IMG/VR virus record: IMGVR_UViG_3300021197_001279
Span: 1-64,000 of that record
DNA: 64,000 nucleotides
Reading direction: 5' to 3' (one strand)
DNA from: a virus
Within the stretch, counting starts at the first letter, position 1. Each line of letters opens with the position of its first letter. A model generated the notes under the pieces. It was not told the origin of the DNA, did no database searches, and saw nothing but the letters and a program-made list of their open reading frames with translations. Shown one piece after another: positions 19,455 through 28,232 of the stretch. The translations under genes and the position numbers were made by a program.

Positions 19455-20018
19455 TTATCCACCAAACAGATCGTATCCGTAAAGACGAAGGATGAACTTA
19501 CCAGCACCATAAGTACCAGCGGTAGATCCGGTGGTAACCATGTACAGGTATTTACCATCTACATCTGCATCAAGTTCTGCTGAAGAAACAACACCGACTG
19601 ATTGGTTAGCAGCAGCGATGATCTCAACTGCGTTCTTATTTGTCAAGTCTCCAGATGCAGAAACAGCTGACCCGTACCAAAGACCGATTGCATCTTCACC
19701 AGTTGTTGGAGTTTCAACACAAACAAGTTCCACTTCAGTAACGACCCCATAAGTTGGGTCGAGTAATGCAATTTGAGCGCCATCGGTAGTGACCTGCCCA
19801 AGTACCTTAGCGATACCGTTTGCATTACCAGCAGTGCTAACAGATCTTGCTACTCCCGCACCAAGGTCAATTTGAATGTCGGTTGTATACAATGAAGCAT
19901 CTCTAGTTCTTGACTGTTGAATGATTGAAGCACTCATAGCATTTCCAGCTGTCTGTGCTGCAGTTTCTCCGGCTTGGTTGATATTTGCCAACCTTCCTCT
20001 ACTTAATCTTCTTGCCAT
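19455..20018 (-). CDS. Putative capsid decoration / minor head protein
   Basis: 187 aa, beta-rich, directly downstream of the major capsid gene; strong AAGGAG SD. Confidence 0.5.
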   Translation of the reverse strand: MARRLSRGRLANINQAGETAAQTAGNAMSASIIQQSRTRDASLYTTDIQIDLGAGVARSVSTAGNANGIAKVLGQVTTDGAQIALLDPTYGVVTEVELVCVETPTTGEDAIGLWYGSAVSASGDLTNKNAVEIIAAANQSVGVVSSAELDADVDGKYLYMVTTGSTAGTYGAGKFILRLYGYDLFGG

Positions 20019-20150
20019 TTTATTTCTCCTTATAAATTAAAATATTATTGCAATAACTTGTCTTTAATCAATGAAATACATCAGCGGCCTCGATGCAATT
20101 CTTTCTAGTGGCAGCCGCCCCGCCCCAAGGAGAATAAAACCAAGTTGCTT
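20019..20150 (-). promoter_or_regulatory. Structured 5' leader containing an anti-SD segment
   Basis: UUUUAUUCUCCUU near the 5' end is complementary to AAGGAGAAAUAAAA at the RBS; internal GCGGC/GCCGC stem. Confidence 0.5.
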
Positions 20151-20157
20151 TAAATAG
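20151..20157 (-). promoter_or_regulatory. Putative late promoter motif CTATTTA
   Basis: Directly after the capsid terminator. Confidence 0.6.
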
Positions 20158-20163
20158 TTCTCA

Positions 20164-20201
20164 AAGAAAGAAAAACCCCCAATCGCAAAAGCGATCAGGG
20201 G
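20164..20201 (-). terminator. Rho-independent terminator after the major capsid gene
   Basis: CCCCTGATCGC-TTTT-GCGATTGGGG followed by TTTTTCTTTC on the minus strand. Confidence 0.8.
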
Positions 20202-20230
20202 CCGTTCAGGAAGAACTAACTAATCAAGGA

Positions 20231-22048
20231 TTAGGTGTATTCTTCACCAAGAAGTCCACGAACGACAACAATACCGTACATGTCCGGACGAACCATCTTC
20301 TTAGCATAACGAGTCATTACGCCCTTACGAGGGACGAAGTCTTCTGGCCCAAAGATGGTAGGTGTAGTTTGCAGAGGCACATAAGGTGCATATACATAAC
20401 CGCTTTCAAGGAAAGAAGAACCTCTACGCCCAACAAGAATAACTGCTCGTGGGAAATAAGGATCAACGATTACGTCAAACTTACGGCTCAAAGAACCAAC
20501 GTTAACAGCGCCAATGTCGCCTTTGTCAGCATCAGCAGTAACGTTAGCACGGAATCCAGCAGTGAATTCAAGAACGTTAGCAACTTCAGGAGAACAAACT
20601 ACGAAGTTAGCACCACCACGAAGGGTTTTTCTGTGGATTTGAGCAGATACATCATTGATAGTTTCAATGAGGGTCTCATACCATTCAGAAACAGTTCCAG
20701 TAAAGTCTGGAGCAGCTTTGTTAGCACCAATCTCAGCACCAGTCTCACGATTAAGGAAGAGTCCTGGAGAACGAGACCAGTAGAAGGTACCAGCTTTTGC
20801 ACCGTTAACAAGGTCAGCAAGAATCTCACGATCAATTTCAAGAGCAATTTGCTCAGAAAGGATAGAAGTCAACTCAACCTCGGCATCCAAGTTGTGGTAA
20901 GCATTCAAGTCTTGTCCCAATTCTGGGGTCCACTTGGCCTTCAACTTCTTGGTTTGCGCTGTGATTGCGATACTGTCTACCTTGATGTTGATCTCTGGAA
21001 TGTCAGAACTGTTCTCAAGAGCAAACAGATCTCCAACAAGAGCACCAGGAGAGGCAGCTACATTATCATACTGATCCTTAACTGGGAAGGTAAATTCAGC
21101 AGCAGTAAATCCAGCGTTCAGTGCAGTTGCTGCCTGGTTGGCTGCAGATGCTTCAGGGATTGTGTATACCAATCTGATAGAATCACTAGTGGCATCAGCT
21201 GGTGTGTTATCAGCATCTGCTGCTACAACACGATCAGATAGACGACGAATTTGAGTAGCAGTGTTAGCTGTTATAGCAGTAACCGCAGTGTTAAGACCGG
21301 TACCGGTACCTATAAAAGCAGAGAGGTTGTTAAAGTCTGCATCACCTTCGTTTGAAACGATGTTTGCTGGATCAATGTCCAAAACAACAACTCTTAGGCT
21401 GCTATCTGTACTAGCCAGAAGATCTGGATCGTACTTGATTCTTTTCTTGTTAGCATCAGAAACAGCGCCATCAAGCAAGAAAATCAAAGCAGTGTTCTCA
21501 GCATTAGCTGACAAAACAGCATTCAAACTTCCACTTGGAGAAGCATATGCATAACCAGTAGCACCATCACGAAGTGGTCCACTGAATCCACCCTTGGTGG
21601 TAGAATCAACAAGATTAACACCTTGCTGAATGTCCTTACCAACTCTGTCAGTACCGTAGATAGACTGAGCATCAGTGTTACCCATACGAGGTGATCCACC
21701 AATTTCGTTAACTCCAAAAGTGAAGTCAAGGAAGAAGATGAGTCCAGAAGGGAGGCTCATCGGCTGAACGCTAACAAGATCGTTAGCAATAAGTCCGGCG
21801 AATACACGACGAACGATTGGGAAAGCAACAGCAGCGAAACCTTCAACATCACCACCAGCCATGGTAGATGATTCACGAAGAAGTTCTTTTGCTTGGTTTT
21901 CCAAGAGACGAGCCATGTTGTTCTTGTCATGGTCGTTTTGAAGGCCTTCAAGTAAACCAGTAGATTCCCACTTAGAAAGAAGAGCAGCGCCCTCCTTCTT
22001 CATGTCACGGCTCACTATACCTTCAGTCAATTTTGATACAATAGACAT
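20231..22048 (-). CDS. Major capsid protein (T4 gp23-like)
   Basis: 'LLENQ', 'PIVRRVF..LIANDLVSVQPM..PSGLIF', 'KLKAKWTPELGQDLNAYH.LDAEVEL', 'YAPYVPL', 'GVMTRY'. Confidence 0.97.
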   Translation of the reverse strand: MSIVSKLTEGIVSRDMKKEGAALLSKWESTGLLEGLQNDHDKNNMARLLENQAKELLRESSTMAGGDVEGFAAVAFPIVRRVFAGLIANDLVSVQPMSLPSGLIFFLDFTFGVNEIGGSPRMGNTDAQSIYGTDRVGKDIQQGVNLVDSTTKGGFSGPLRDGATGYAYASPSGSLNAVLSANAENTALIFLLDGAVSDANKKRIKYDPDLLASTDSSLRVVVLDIDPANIVSNEGDADFNNLSAFIGTGTGLNTAVTAITANTATQIRRLSDRVVAADADNTPADATSDSIRLVYTIPEASAANQAATALNAGFTAAEFTFPVKDQYDNVAASPGALVGDLFALENSSDIPEINIKVDSIAITAQTKKLKAKWTPELGQDLNAYHNLDAEVELTSILSEQIALEIDREILADLVNGAKAGTFYWSRSPGLFLNRETGAEIGANKAAPDFTGTVSEWYETLIETINDVSAQIHRKTLRGGANFVVCSPEVANVLEFTAGFRANVTADADKGDIGAVNVGSLSRKFDVIVDPYFPRAVILVGRRGSSFLESGYVYAPYVPLQTTPTIFGPEDFVPRKGVMTRYAKKMVRPDMYGIVVVRGLLGEEYT

Positions 22049-22069
22049 TTTTTTACTCCTTATAAATTA

Positions 22070-23323
22070 TTATTTAATGCCTGCGAGTTTTTGCATCTTT
22101 TCCATAAATGGATCAGCGCTTTTGTTCTCGCTTAAGTTTTGTCTCGAATTAAGCATAGCCGAAAGATTCGCTCTTCGGTTGACTGACTCGCTTAGTGATT
22201 GTGGACCTCTCTTTTTGGAGTTAGATCCCACTGTTGCTTTGAGTGTCTCATGAAGTTGCTTTGCTTCTTTTGGAGACTCCGCTGCGGCAATGGCTTCGAC
22301 AATTTTTTCTTTTTGTCGCTCATTCAAGGAGGCATCGCTTAAAGTGCGGTTTTTGTAAATTAACTTTGCGTTTGATAGCAAAGTTGCTTCAAGTTGTTCT
22401 TGAAGTCTGTATATCACGTTTTCAAGTTTCTCATTTTGAGAAGCAAGTACGGAAACTGTTTCGTGAAGGTCAGAGACTACACCAGGGTTTTCTGTAAGGG
22501 AGTCATCTTCCTCTTCTTCTAATTCGTCTTTATCACTGTGAGCATCATGTGCTTCTTGCTTTGCATGTTCATATTCTAAAGTGGCTTCATTTGTTTGAAA
22601 CGTTCCATCCTTATCTTCTCCCAAGTCAACAGTGATTTTTTCTTCTAGTACTTCATCTTCACCGAGAAGGTCAAGTAATTCTTGTAATTGAAGATCCATG
22701 TCGTCTTTTTCTGCATCTTCTGTGTCCACGGTATCATCAGTGTCGGACAAAAGGCTGTCAAGGTTACCCAGATCATCAGAACCAAATTCAGCAGCAACAT
22801 CATCACGAGGAAGTGCATCTTCTAATGGCGCATCATCCATAACATTCATTGCTTTCTCAAGAGCATCAAGGTCAATACTAACCATTCCATCGCCAAGGTC
22901 TTCAACATCAAGTGAAAACTCAACAGATTGATCAGCAGACATAGATGGATTACCAGCAAAAGGTGCTTCAATTTCACCAGCAGGTGCACCAGCATCCATT
23001 CCCATCTCTTCTTCTTGCAAGATGTCTTCTTCGTTTAGTTCTTGAAGATCCATCTCATTAACAAGATAAGGCTTCTCGCCTTCGGCTTGAACAAGATACT
23101 GTCCTTCTTGATTGAGGTCTTCGATGATCTCAACTATTTTTTCTTCGTGTCTTCTTTTAGACCCACAACGGGATTCCGCCACGGGTTCCCCTTCAAGCAT
23201 GGACTCTACGGCCTCTTTGATGTGTGGAGCATATTTTTCTATGATAGCCTGCTCGGCGTTTTTGAGTGCTGCTTCGCGCAAAGCGGCAGCATCAACAATG
23301 GCTTGTTCTAACATGCTAGACAT
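22070..23323 (-). CDS. Prohead core scaffold protein (gp22-like)
   Basis: Very acidic, coiled-coil, many L-x-E sites, ends 'MQKLAGIK', immediately upstream of the capsid gene. Confidence 0.8.
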   Translation of the reverse strand: MSSMLEQAIVDAAALREAALKNAEQAIIEKYAPHIKEAVESMLEGEPVAESRCGSKRRHEEKIVEIIEDLNQEGQYLVQAEGEKPYLVNEMDLQELNEEDILQEEEMGMDAGAPAGEIEAPFAGNPSMSADQSVEFSLDVEDLGDGMVSIDLDALEKAMNVMDDAPLEDALPRDDVAAEFGSDDLGNLDSLLSDTDDTVDTEDAEKDDMDLQLQELLDLLGEDEVLEEKITVDLGEDKDGTFQTNEATLEYEHAKQEAHDAHSDKDELEEEEDDSLTENPGVVSDLHETVSVLASQNEKLENVIYRLQEQLEATLLSNAKLIYKNRTLSDASLNERQKEKIVEAIAAAESPKEAKQLHETLKATVGSNSKKRGPQSLSESVNRRANLSAMLNSRQNLSENKSADPFMEKMQKLAGIK

Positions 23324-23356
23324 TAATGGGTCTCCTGAGAATACGTATTTCTTTAT

Positions 23357-23363
23357 TAAATAG
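23357..23363 (-). promoter_or_regulatory. Putative late promoter motif CTATTTA (scaffold-capsid)
   Basis: Intergenic motif upstream of the scaffold gene. Confidence 0.6.
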
Positions 23364-23402
23364 TGTTCTCGATAAGAAAAGGAAGTTTATTCGCCGTAGT
23401 GG

Positions 23403-24176
23403 TTATTCTGTTACTGTTACTAAATTTCTCATTAGATTCGCATCTACTCTGTGAGTATAAACATAAAATCTTAATGGCTGGTTAGGGTCAAAATTAGAAT
23501 TGAAAGTAGAATTGTTACTAACTGTAACACGATCAACATAATAACCGTGAGTAGTGTTGTATGTCTGCCATTTGACAGTTAAATTTCCGCTGCCATCTTT
23601 TGAGAATCTAACCGCATTGACGGCGAGAAATTTAACACTATTCCCGATAAGGTTCCTATTGGTTGTGTAAACCTGGCCTTTATTATTTCCTGATCTCTGA
23701 TCTAGCCAAAGAACCGAGTTTCTTTCAACATCAGAGTATTGGAATGACTCTAGATCATCCTCAGCCATGAAGCCATAGAAAGCACCTTTACTCTCAACCT
23801 CAAACCTAATAACAAGGTCTGTTCCGTTTGAGATGCTAGCGATGCTTGGTAAAGTAGCAGTCAGAAGTGCATAGACTTGATCATCATTACCGTTTGGAAA
23901 TTTGTCTGCTCTAATTCTAAAAATGCTAGCGCCCGTGCCATCATCTTCGTACTCATATGTTAAGTCTGATTGAGGGCTTTGGATAACTTGATCTAGGTAT
24001 GATTGATTTTGTACGCCTTGCATGACAACCATAGCACCATACTGGTCGATTCCCTCTTCATCTCCGCCACCATCTGGTGTTAAGCCGTCAACCTTCTCAA
24101 TGCTATCAGCACTAATACCCTGTATCTTACTTAAATTACCAAGACTAATGTTAATTATTTTTGTGAAATCTGGCAT
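23403..24176 (-). CDS. Hypothetical virion fibre/tip protein
   Basis: N-terminal 'KI.GI....I.KVDG' pattern typical of small fibre-associated proteins; coupled to the upstream gene. Confidence 0.55.
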   Translation of the reverse strand: MPDFTKIINISLGNLSKIQGISADSIEKVDGLTPDGGGDEEGIDQYGAMVVMQGVQNQSYLDQVIQSPQSDLTYEYEDDGTGASIFRIRADKFPNGNDDQVYALLTATLPSIASISNGTDLVIRFEVESKGAFYGFMAEDDLESFQYSDVERNSVLWLDQRSGNNKGQVYTTNRNLIGNSVKFLAVNAVRFSKDGSGNLTVKWQTYNTTHGYYVDRVTVSNNSTFNSNFDPNQPLRFYVYTHRVDANLMRNLVTVTE

Positions 24177-24736
24177 TACAACTCTATCCAGGTACTTGAT
24201 GGATTAAAATAGATAACATTAGAGGTGTTCGTACAGTAACCAACGATCCTTACATAGTCTCCTCCGCCGCTTGGTGCGGTTGTATCCATACCACCAGCAG
24301 TTGCGCTAATGTAGACAGCCTTACCGGCAGAGAAATTTGATAGATAACTATGGGCATCAAACATTCCTCGGATTAAAACACCTGCACCGGCAGGGTCTGA
24401 GCCTAATGCAATTCCTAGCAATTGATCTGCACCGGATGCCACAGCATCGGCATCCACTTCTGTCCATGCTGAACTGCCATTAAGGTAATACAATTTTCCA
24501 GCAGTCAATGTGCCTGTTCCAAACTTTACAATCTCGCCCATTCCGGTATCATTTCCGTACTGTGTTGGGTCGTAATAAGTGCTTGCACCACCGTTTTTAA
24601 CCTGAAATCTTAATGAGCCACTTGTTTCTAGATCAATCTGGTCTTCACCGAAATCTATTTGCGTATTCCTTTCAGCATCATCTGCTGCTTTAAGATCTCC
24701 AATTACTTGAGCACCTTTTGAATAATTGTATCCCAT
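24176..24736 (-). CDS. Virion decoration/fibre-like protein
   Basis: Start moved to MGYNYSKG (ATG 24736, GGAGGA SD), since the longer track ORF runs across a terminator. C-terminal 'GKAVYISATAG....TAPS..GDYVRIVGY.......YFNPS' is typical of cement/fibre domains. Confidence 0.6.
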   Translation of the reverse strand: MGYNYSKGAQVIGDLKAADDAERNTQIDFGEDQIDLETSGSLRFQVKNGGASTYYDPTQYGNDTGMGEIVKFGTGTLTAGKLYYLNGSSAWTEVDADAVASGADQLLGIALGSDPAGAGVLIRGMFDAHSYLSNFSAGKAVYISATAGGMDTTAPSGGGDYVRIVGYCTNTSNVIYFNPSSTWIEL

Positions 24737-24763
24737 CTGGTTATCCTCCCGTAGATTACCTAA

Positions 24764-24770
24764 TAAATAG
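24764..24770 (-). promoter_or_regulatory. Putative late promoter motif CTATTTA
   Basis: Between the terminator and the SD. Confidence 0.55.
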
Positions 24771-24775
24771 AAATG

Positions 24776-24809
24776 TAAAAAGAAAAACGGACAACCCGAA
24801 GGTTGTCCG
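24776..24809 (-). terminator. Rho-independent terminator with C(UUCG)G tetraloop
   Basis: CGGACAACC-TTCG-GGTTGTCCG followed by TTTTTCTTTTT. Confidence 0.9.
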
Positions 24810-24848
24810 CCCAAGTAAAACTTGTAGGAAATAATCCCAATCCGAAGA

Positions 24849-27023
24849 TTAGAATACTCTCCAAAGATCACTAGCTACATAGACCAATTCAACAGCAGCA
24901 AATGGTGACTCAAGACGAATTGAGGCAGCGCCATCAATTAGTTGAGAACCAGCACGGTTGATTGTAATGTAACGTGCAACAGAGCAGTCAGATGGAGCCT
25001 TAACTTTAACTGATTGTCCTATAGCAGGAGAAGCAGGAAGAGTTACAGCATCTTCACCGTCAGCACTCATGTCAGCGAAGTAGTTAACTCCAACAACAAG
25101 AGTACCAGCAGCAGCAACGTTCTGAACTGGAACAGCGACATCAGACATGTATGTCTTCAGAACTGACATGTCCATTCTCTTAAGAGAACCGGCATCAGAG
25201 AAGATCATTTCATCGGTATCAGCAAGGGTACCAGTGAAATCTGTCTGTCCGCTAATAACGTTGTCATTAAGCATAGAGCCTTCAACAGCGTTAGCAGCGA
25301 TAGTCAAAGCACCACCAGCAGCGATAGTAGCATCACCACTAACATTTCCGAAGATTTGATCTTCAAGATTTGAGAAAGTGATTTTCTTGGTAACATCACC
25401 ACCAGCAGAATCAACAAGTGCAAGACTGTCTGCTTGAGCAACACTAGTCTTTGAAGCACCGAGGCCATTAAGACTAACTTCCAACTTACCAGAAGCAGCA
25501 ACGAGACCATCACTGGCCAAGAAGTCACCAATCTTACCGATTTGAGTCTGCTTCATAGTTCCATTGTCATTGTGCAAGAAACCATCACCAGCAGCAAGTG
25601 CAGTAGTACCGATTGAAGAAGCACCATCAAGGAGTGCAAATTCAGCAGCAGTTACAGCAGCAGAAGCATCAGTAGCAGCATCAGCCAAAGCAGGAAGGAA
25701 GTAAGATCCAGCGCTCAAAGTTGGCAATGTAAGAGTAGTATCGGCACCTGGGGCACCTGAACTAAGTACAGTCTCGTGATCATCAGCAGGTCCTTCAAAA
25801 GTGAAAGAACTGGTAATGTTGATTGTGGTTGAGTTAACAGAAGTAACAGAACCATTTACAGTCAAGTTTCCACCAACAGTAAGGTGACCAGTTGTAGAAA
25901 TAGTATCATCAGACTGACTACCGAAAGTAACGTTTCCACCAAGATCAACGTTAAAGTCAATCTTGCTAGCAGCGATAGCAGCATTTGAAGCAACAGAAGC
26001 ATTAACAACAGCATCTGAAGCAAGTTGATCTGCACCAACAGCATCGTCTGCAATCATTGCCTGCTCTACAGCATCATTAGCAATAGTCAAAGCACCACCA
26101 GCAGCAACAGTAGCATCACCAGAAACGTCAGTAAAAACAGCATCACGAAGAACACTGAAATCGATACGCTTAAGGGTACCATCATCAGAAATCATCAACT
26201 CGTCAGCATCAGCAACATCACCAGTCATTGCAGTTTGACCAGTAATAGCAGCAGCGGCAAGTGACAATGCACCACCAGCAGCAATACTTGCTTGACTAGA
26301 AACATTTGCAAAGATTTGATCTTCAAGATTTGAGAAAGTGATTTTCTTAGAGACATCACCGCCAGCAGAATCAACAAGAGCAAGACTGTCAGCCTGAGCA
26401 AGACTAGTCTTTGAAGCACCTAGACTGTTAATGTCAAGAGTAAGCTTGTTGTTTCCAACAGTAAGACCTTCATCAGCCAAGTAAGTAGAGAGACGAGAAA
26501 TATCGGTTCTCTTAATAGTACCATTGTCACTAACGATTAACTCATCAGTAGCAACAATAGCAGCACCAATGTCATCAAGTCCAGAAACGATGTTGTCGTT
26601 AAGCATAGAGCCTTCAACAGCGCTTGCTTGGATAGTAGTAGCACCACTAGAAGCGATAGCAACATCACCACTCATAGCAACTTCTTCATATGAAGTGCCA
26701 TCAGCAACAAGGATCTTACCAGATGTAACATCTGGCATGATGAACTTAGTTCCTGATTGCATTTCGAGATCCTTATGAACCTCAACACCTTCACTACCAT
26801 CAGCAGTAGATAGTTTCATGTAAATGTTTGAACCTTCTTTGATAACAAAAGCAGTTGCTCTAGCATCAGTCAAATTGATTTCCATGTCGTTACCATCAGC
26901 AGAGATAGAATCTAGTGCAATGTCAGCGACGTTCGTTATGTTCGCATCACCAGCGCTGAGACCATCCTCAGCAGTGATTGAACCGGAAGCAACGAATGCT
27001 CCCAATTGAAATTTATAAGCCAT
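24849..27023 (-). CDS. Repetitive fibre protein (head or tail fibre)
   Basis: 724 aa, Ala/Asp/Gly/Ser-rich; repeated 'VSGDATIAAGGALTIA' and 'D.DEL.ISD.GT.KR.D' units; C-terminal 'LPASP..G...VK...IDG...LESPFAAV.L' domain. Confidence 0.7.
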   Translation of the reverse strand: MAYKFQLGAFVASGSITAEDGLSAGDANITNVADIALDSISADGNDMEINLTDARATAFVIKEGSNIYMKLSTADGSEGVEVHKDLEMQSGTKFIMPDVTSGKILVADGTSYEEVAMSGDVAIASSGATTIQASAVEGSMLNDNIVSGLDDIGAAIVATDELIVSDNGTIKRTDISRLSTYLADEGLTVGNNKLTLDINSLGASKTSLAQADSLALVDSAGGDVSKKITFSNLEDQIFANVSSQASIAAGGALSLAAAAITGQTAMTGDVADADELMISDDGTLKRIDFSVLRDAVFTDVSGDATVAAGGALTIANDAVEQAMIADDAVGADQLASDAVVNASVASNAAIAASKIDFNVDLGGNVTFGSQSDDTISTTGHLTVGGNLTVNGSVTSVNSTTINITSSFTFEGPADDHETVLSSGAPGADTTLTLPTLSAGSYFLPALADAATDASAAVTAAEFALLDGASSIGTTALAAGDGFLHNDNGTMKQTQIGKIGDFLASDGLVAASGKLEVSLNGLGASKTSVAQADSLALVDSAGGDVTKKITFSNLEDQIFGNVSGDATIAAGGALTIAANAVEGSMLNDNVISGQTDFTGTLADTDEMIFSDAGSLKRMDMSVLKTYMSDVAVPVQNVAAAGTLVVGVNYFADMSADGEDAVTLPASPAIGQSVKVKAPSDCSVARYITINRAGSQLIDGAASIRLESPFAAVELVYVASDLWRVF
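25351..26420. repeat. Direct repeat pair 25351-25460 and 26311-26420 inside the fibre gene
   Basis: 110-bp copies 960 bp apart; I count 8 mismatches. Confidence 0.85.
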
Positions 27024-27096
27024 ATATTTTTTCCTCCATTAGTATAATATTATGACGAGATGCACAAGCCAACCAGTGACAGAGTACACCTCCTAA

Positions 27097-27103
27097 TAAA
27101 TAG
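27097..27103 (-). promoter_or_regulatory. Putative late promoter motif CTATTTA
   Basis: Intergenic motif upstream of the 724-aa fibre gene. Confidence 0.6.
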
Positions 27104-27125
27104 TAAATCTTTGTGACAAAGTCTA

Positions 27126-28223
27126 TCAATAAATAAAGAATTTATCACTACCATTGGTATAAACATTAACAGCAGCGTAAGGTGATTCTAGTATAACTGA
27201 CGTTTGCCCGTCAATTTTGTCTGCACCAGTTGTCTTGATTGTTATGTTAAAATTATTTGAATTTCCTGCCTCATCTTTTATTATAAAGTTGGCACCACTT
27301 GAAAAACCAGAAGCAGCAGGTAGTCGTATGTCAAGAGCAGCAGAAGCAGAAACACCAAGTATTCGATCATTAACAGATGACGTTATTGTCGATGTCACCG
27401 CAGTTCTGGAGAAAACTGCAGATGAAAGTGTCACGGTAACATCGTTGCCACTATTAGATGCAACAACAGCAGCGCCAACAAAGTCAATACTTGTTGCAGC
27501 AGTTGTTATGTTTGAGCCTTCATCTTTAATAGTTAGATTCCCACCAGCAGAGGATGAGATGTCTGTTAATTTTTCGTTAAGGTATTTTCCTGTATAAATG
27601 TAAGCAGAGGCAGTGACTGGTATTGTAGAGGAGTTATAGTCCTGGATGAAAACAACACCGGAGTAATAATCGACCTGCCAATCTACAGTGTCACCGCTTG
27701 TAATTTCATTGGCTGCATCCGTTGGGTCACCCTTGTACAACTTAAGGAAGTATTTGTTGGGACTAGCATTTGAAATAAGAGGTGGTACTAATTGTAACGC
27801 ACCCCTGGTATCATAAACTCTTTGGCTATTAACAAAGGCACCTGAACCCTTTTGCGGGTTGTTTGAAGTGGTTTGGTAATCCGACGGCAGTTTGAGGTAG
27901 TAACCATGAGCACCACTTGTTGATGCCTCGTCTCCACCACCGCCTGTATCATTAGCATCATAAATTGTGTCTGACAGTGAGACAACATCTAAATATACTC
28001 TCTCAACAGTGGCAGGCCCACCAGCAGATGCACTCTGTACAGTAAGAAAGGTGTCACCAGGGCTGTTTGGAATAGTCTCCGCAAAAACACCATCTGATGG
28101 CATTGATACGTTTGATGGAATTGCCTCGTTAACGTCTCCCTTTAAGTTAGACGTGTGTGCTTTACCAAGAAGTTTCTTGGCGGCAAATTGCGTTGATGTT
28201 AAGTTAGTTTTTCCCGTACTCAT
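27126..28223 (-). CDS. Virion structural/fibre-associated protein
   Basis: Shares the C-terminal 'LPAAS....G..FIIKDE.G...ITI...G.DKIDG...LESPYAAV' domain with 24849-27023. Confidence 0.6.
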   Translation of the reverse strand: MSTGKTNLTSTQFAAKKLLGKAHTSNLKGDVNEAIPSNVSMPSDGVFAETIPNSPGDTFLTVQSASAGGPATVERVYLDVVSLSDTIYDANDTGGGGDEASTSGAHGYYLKLPSDYQTTSNNPQKGSGAFVNSQRVYDTRGALQLVPPLISNASPNKYFLKLYKGDPTDAANEITSGDTVDWQVDYYSGVVFIQDYNSSTIPVTASAYIYTGKYLNEKLTDISSSAGGNLTIKDEGSNITTAATSIDFVGAAVVASNSGNDVTVTLSSAVFSRTAVTSTITSSVNDRILGVSASAALDIRLPAASGFSSGANFIIKDEAGNSNNFNITIKTTGADKIDGQTSVILESPYAAVNVYTNGSDKFFIY

Positions 28224-28232
28224 TTATTTGCC

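Noticed and set aside
20369-21241. 290-aa plus-strand ORF
   Set aside because: Lies wholly antisense to the major capsid gene, has no recognisable motif, and is explained by the biased codon usage of that gene.
24737-24871. N-terminal extension of the track ORF 24176-24871
   Set aside because: It crosses a clear terminator and the late motif; the SD-supported start is at 24736.
25351-26420. Repeat pair as a diversity-generating retroelement template/variable pair
   Set aside because: Both copies are in frame within one gene, mismatches are not confined to adenines of one copy, and no reverse transcriptase is present.
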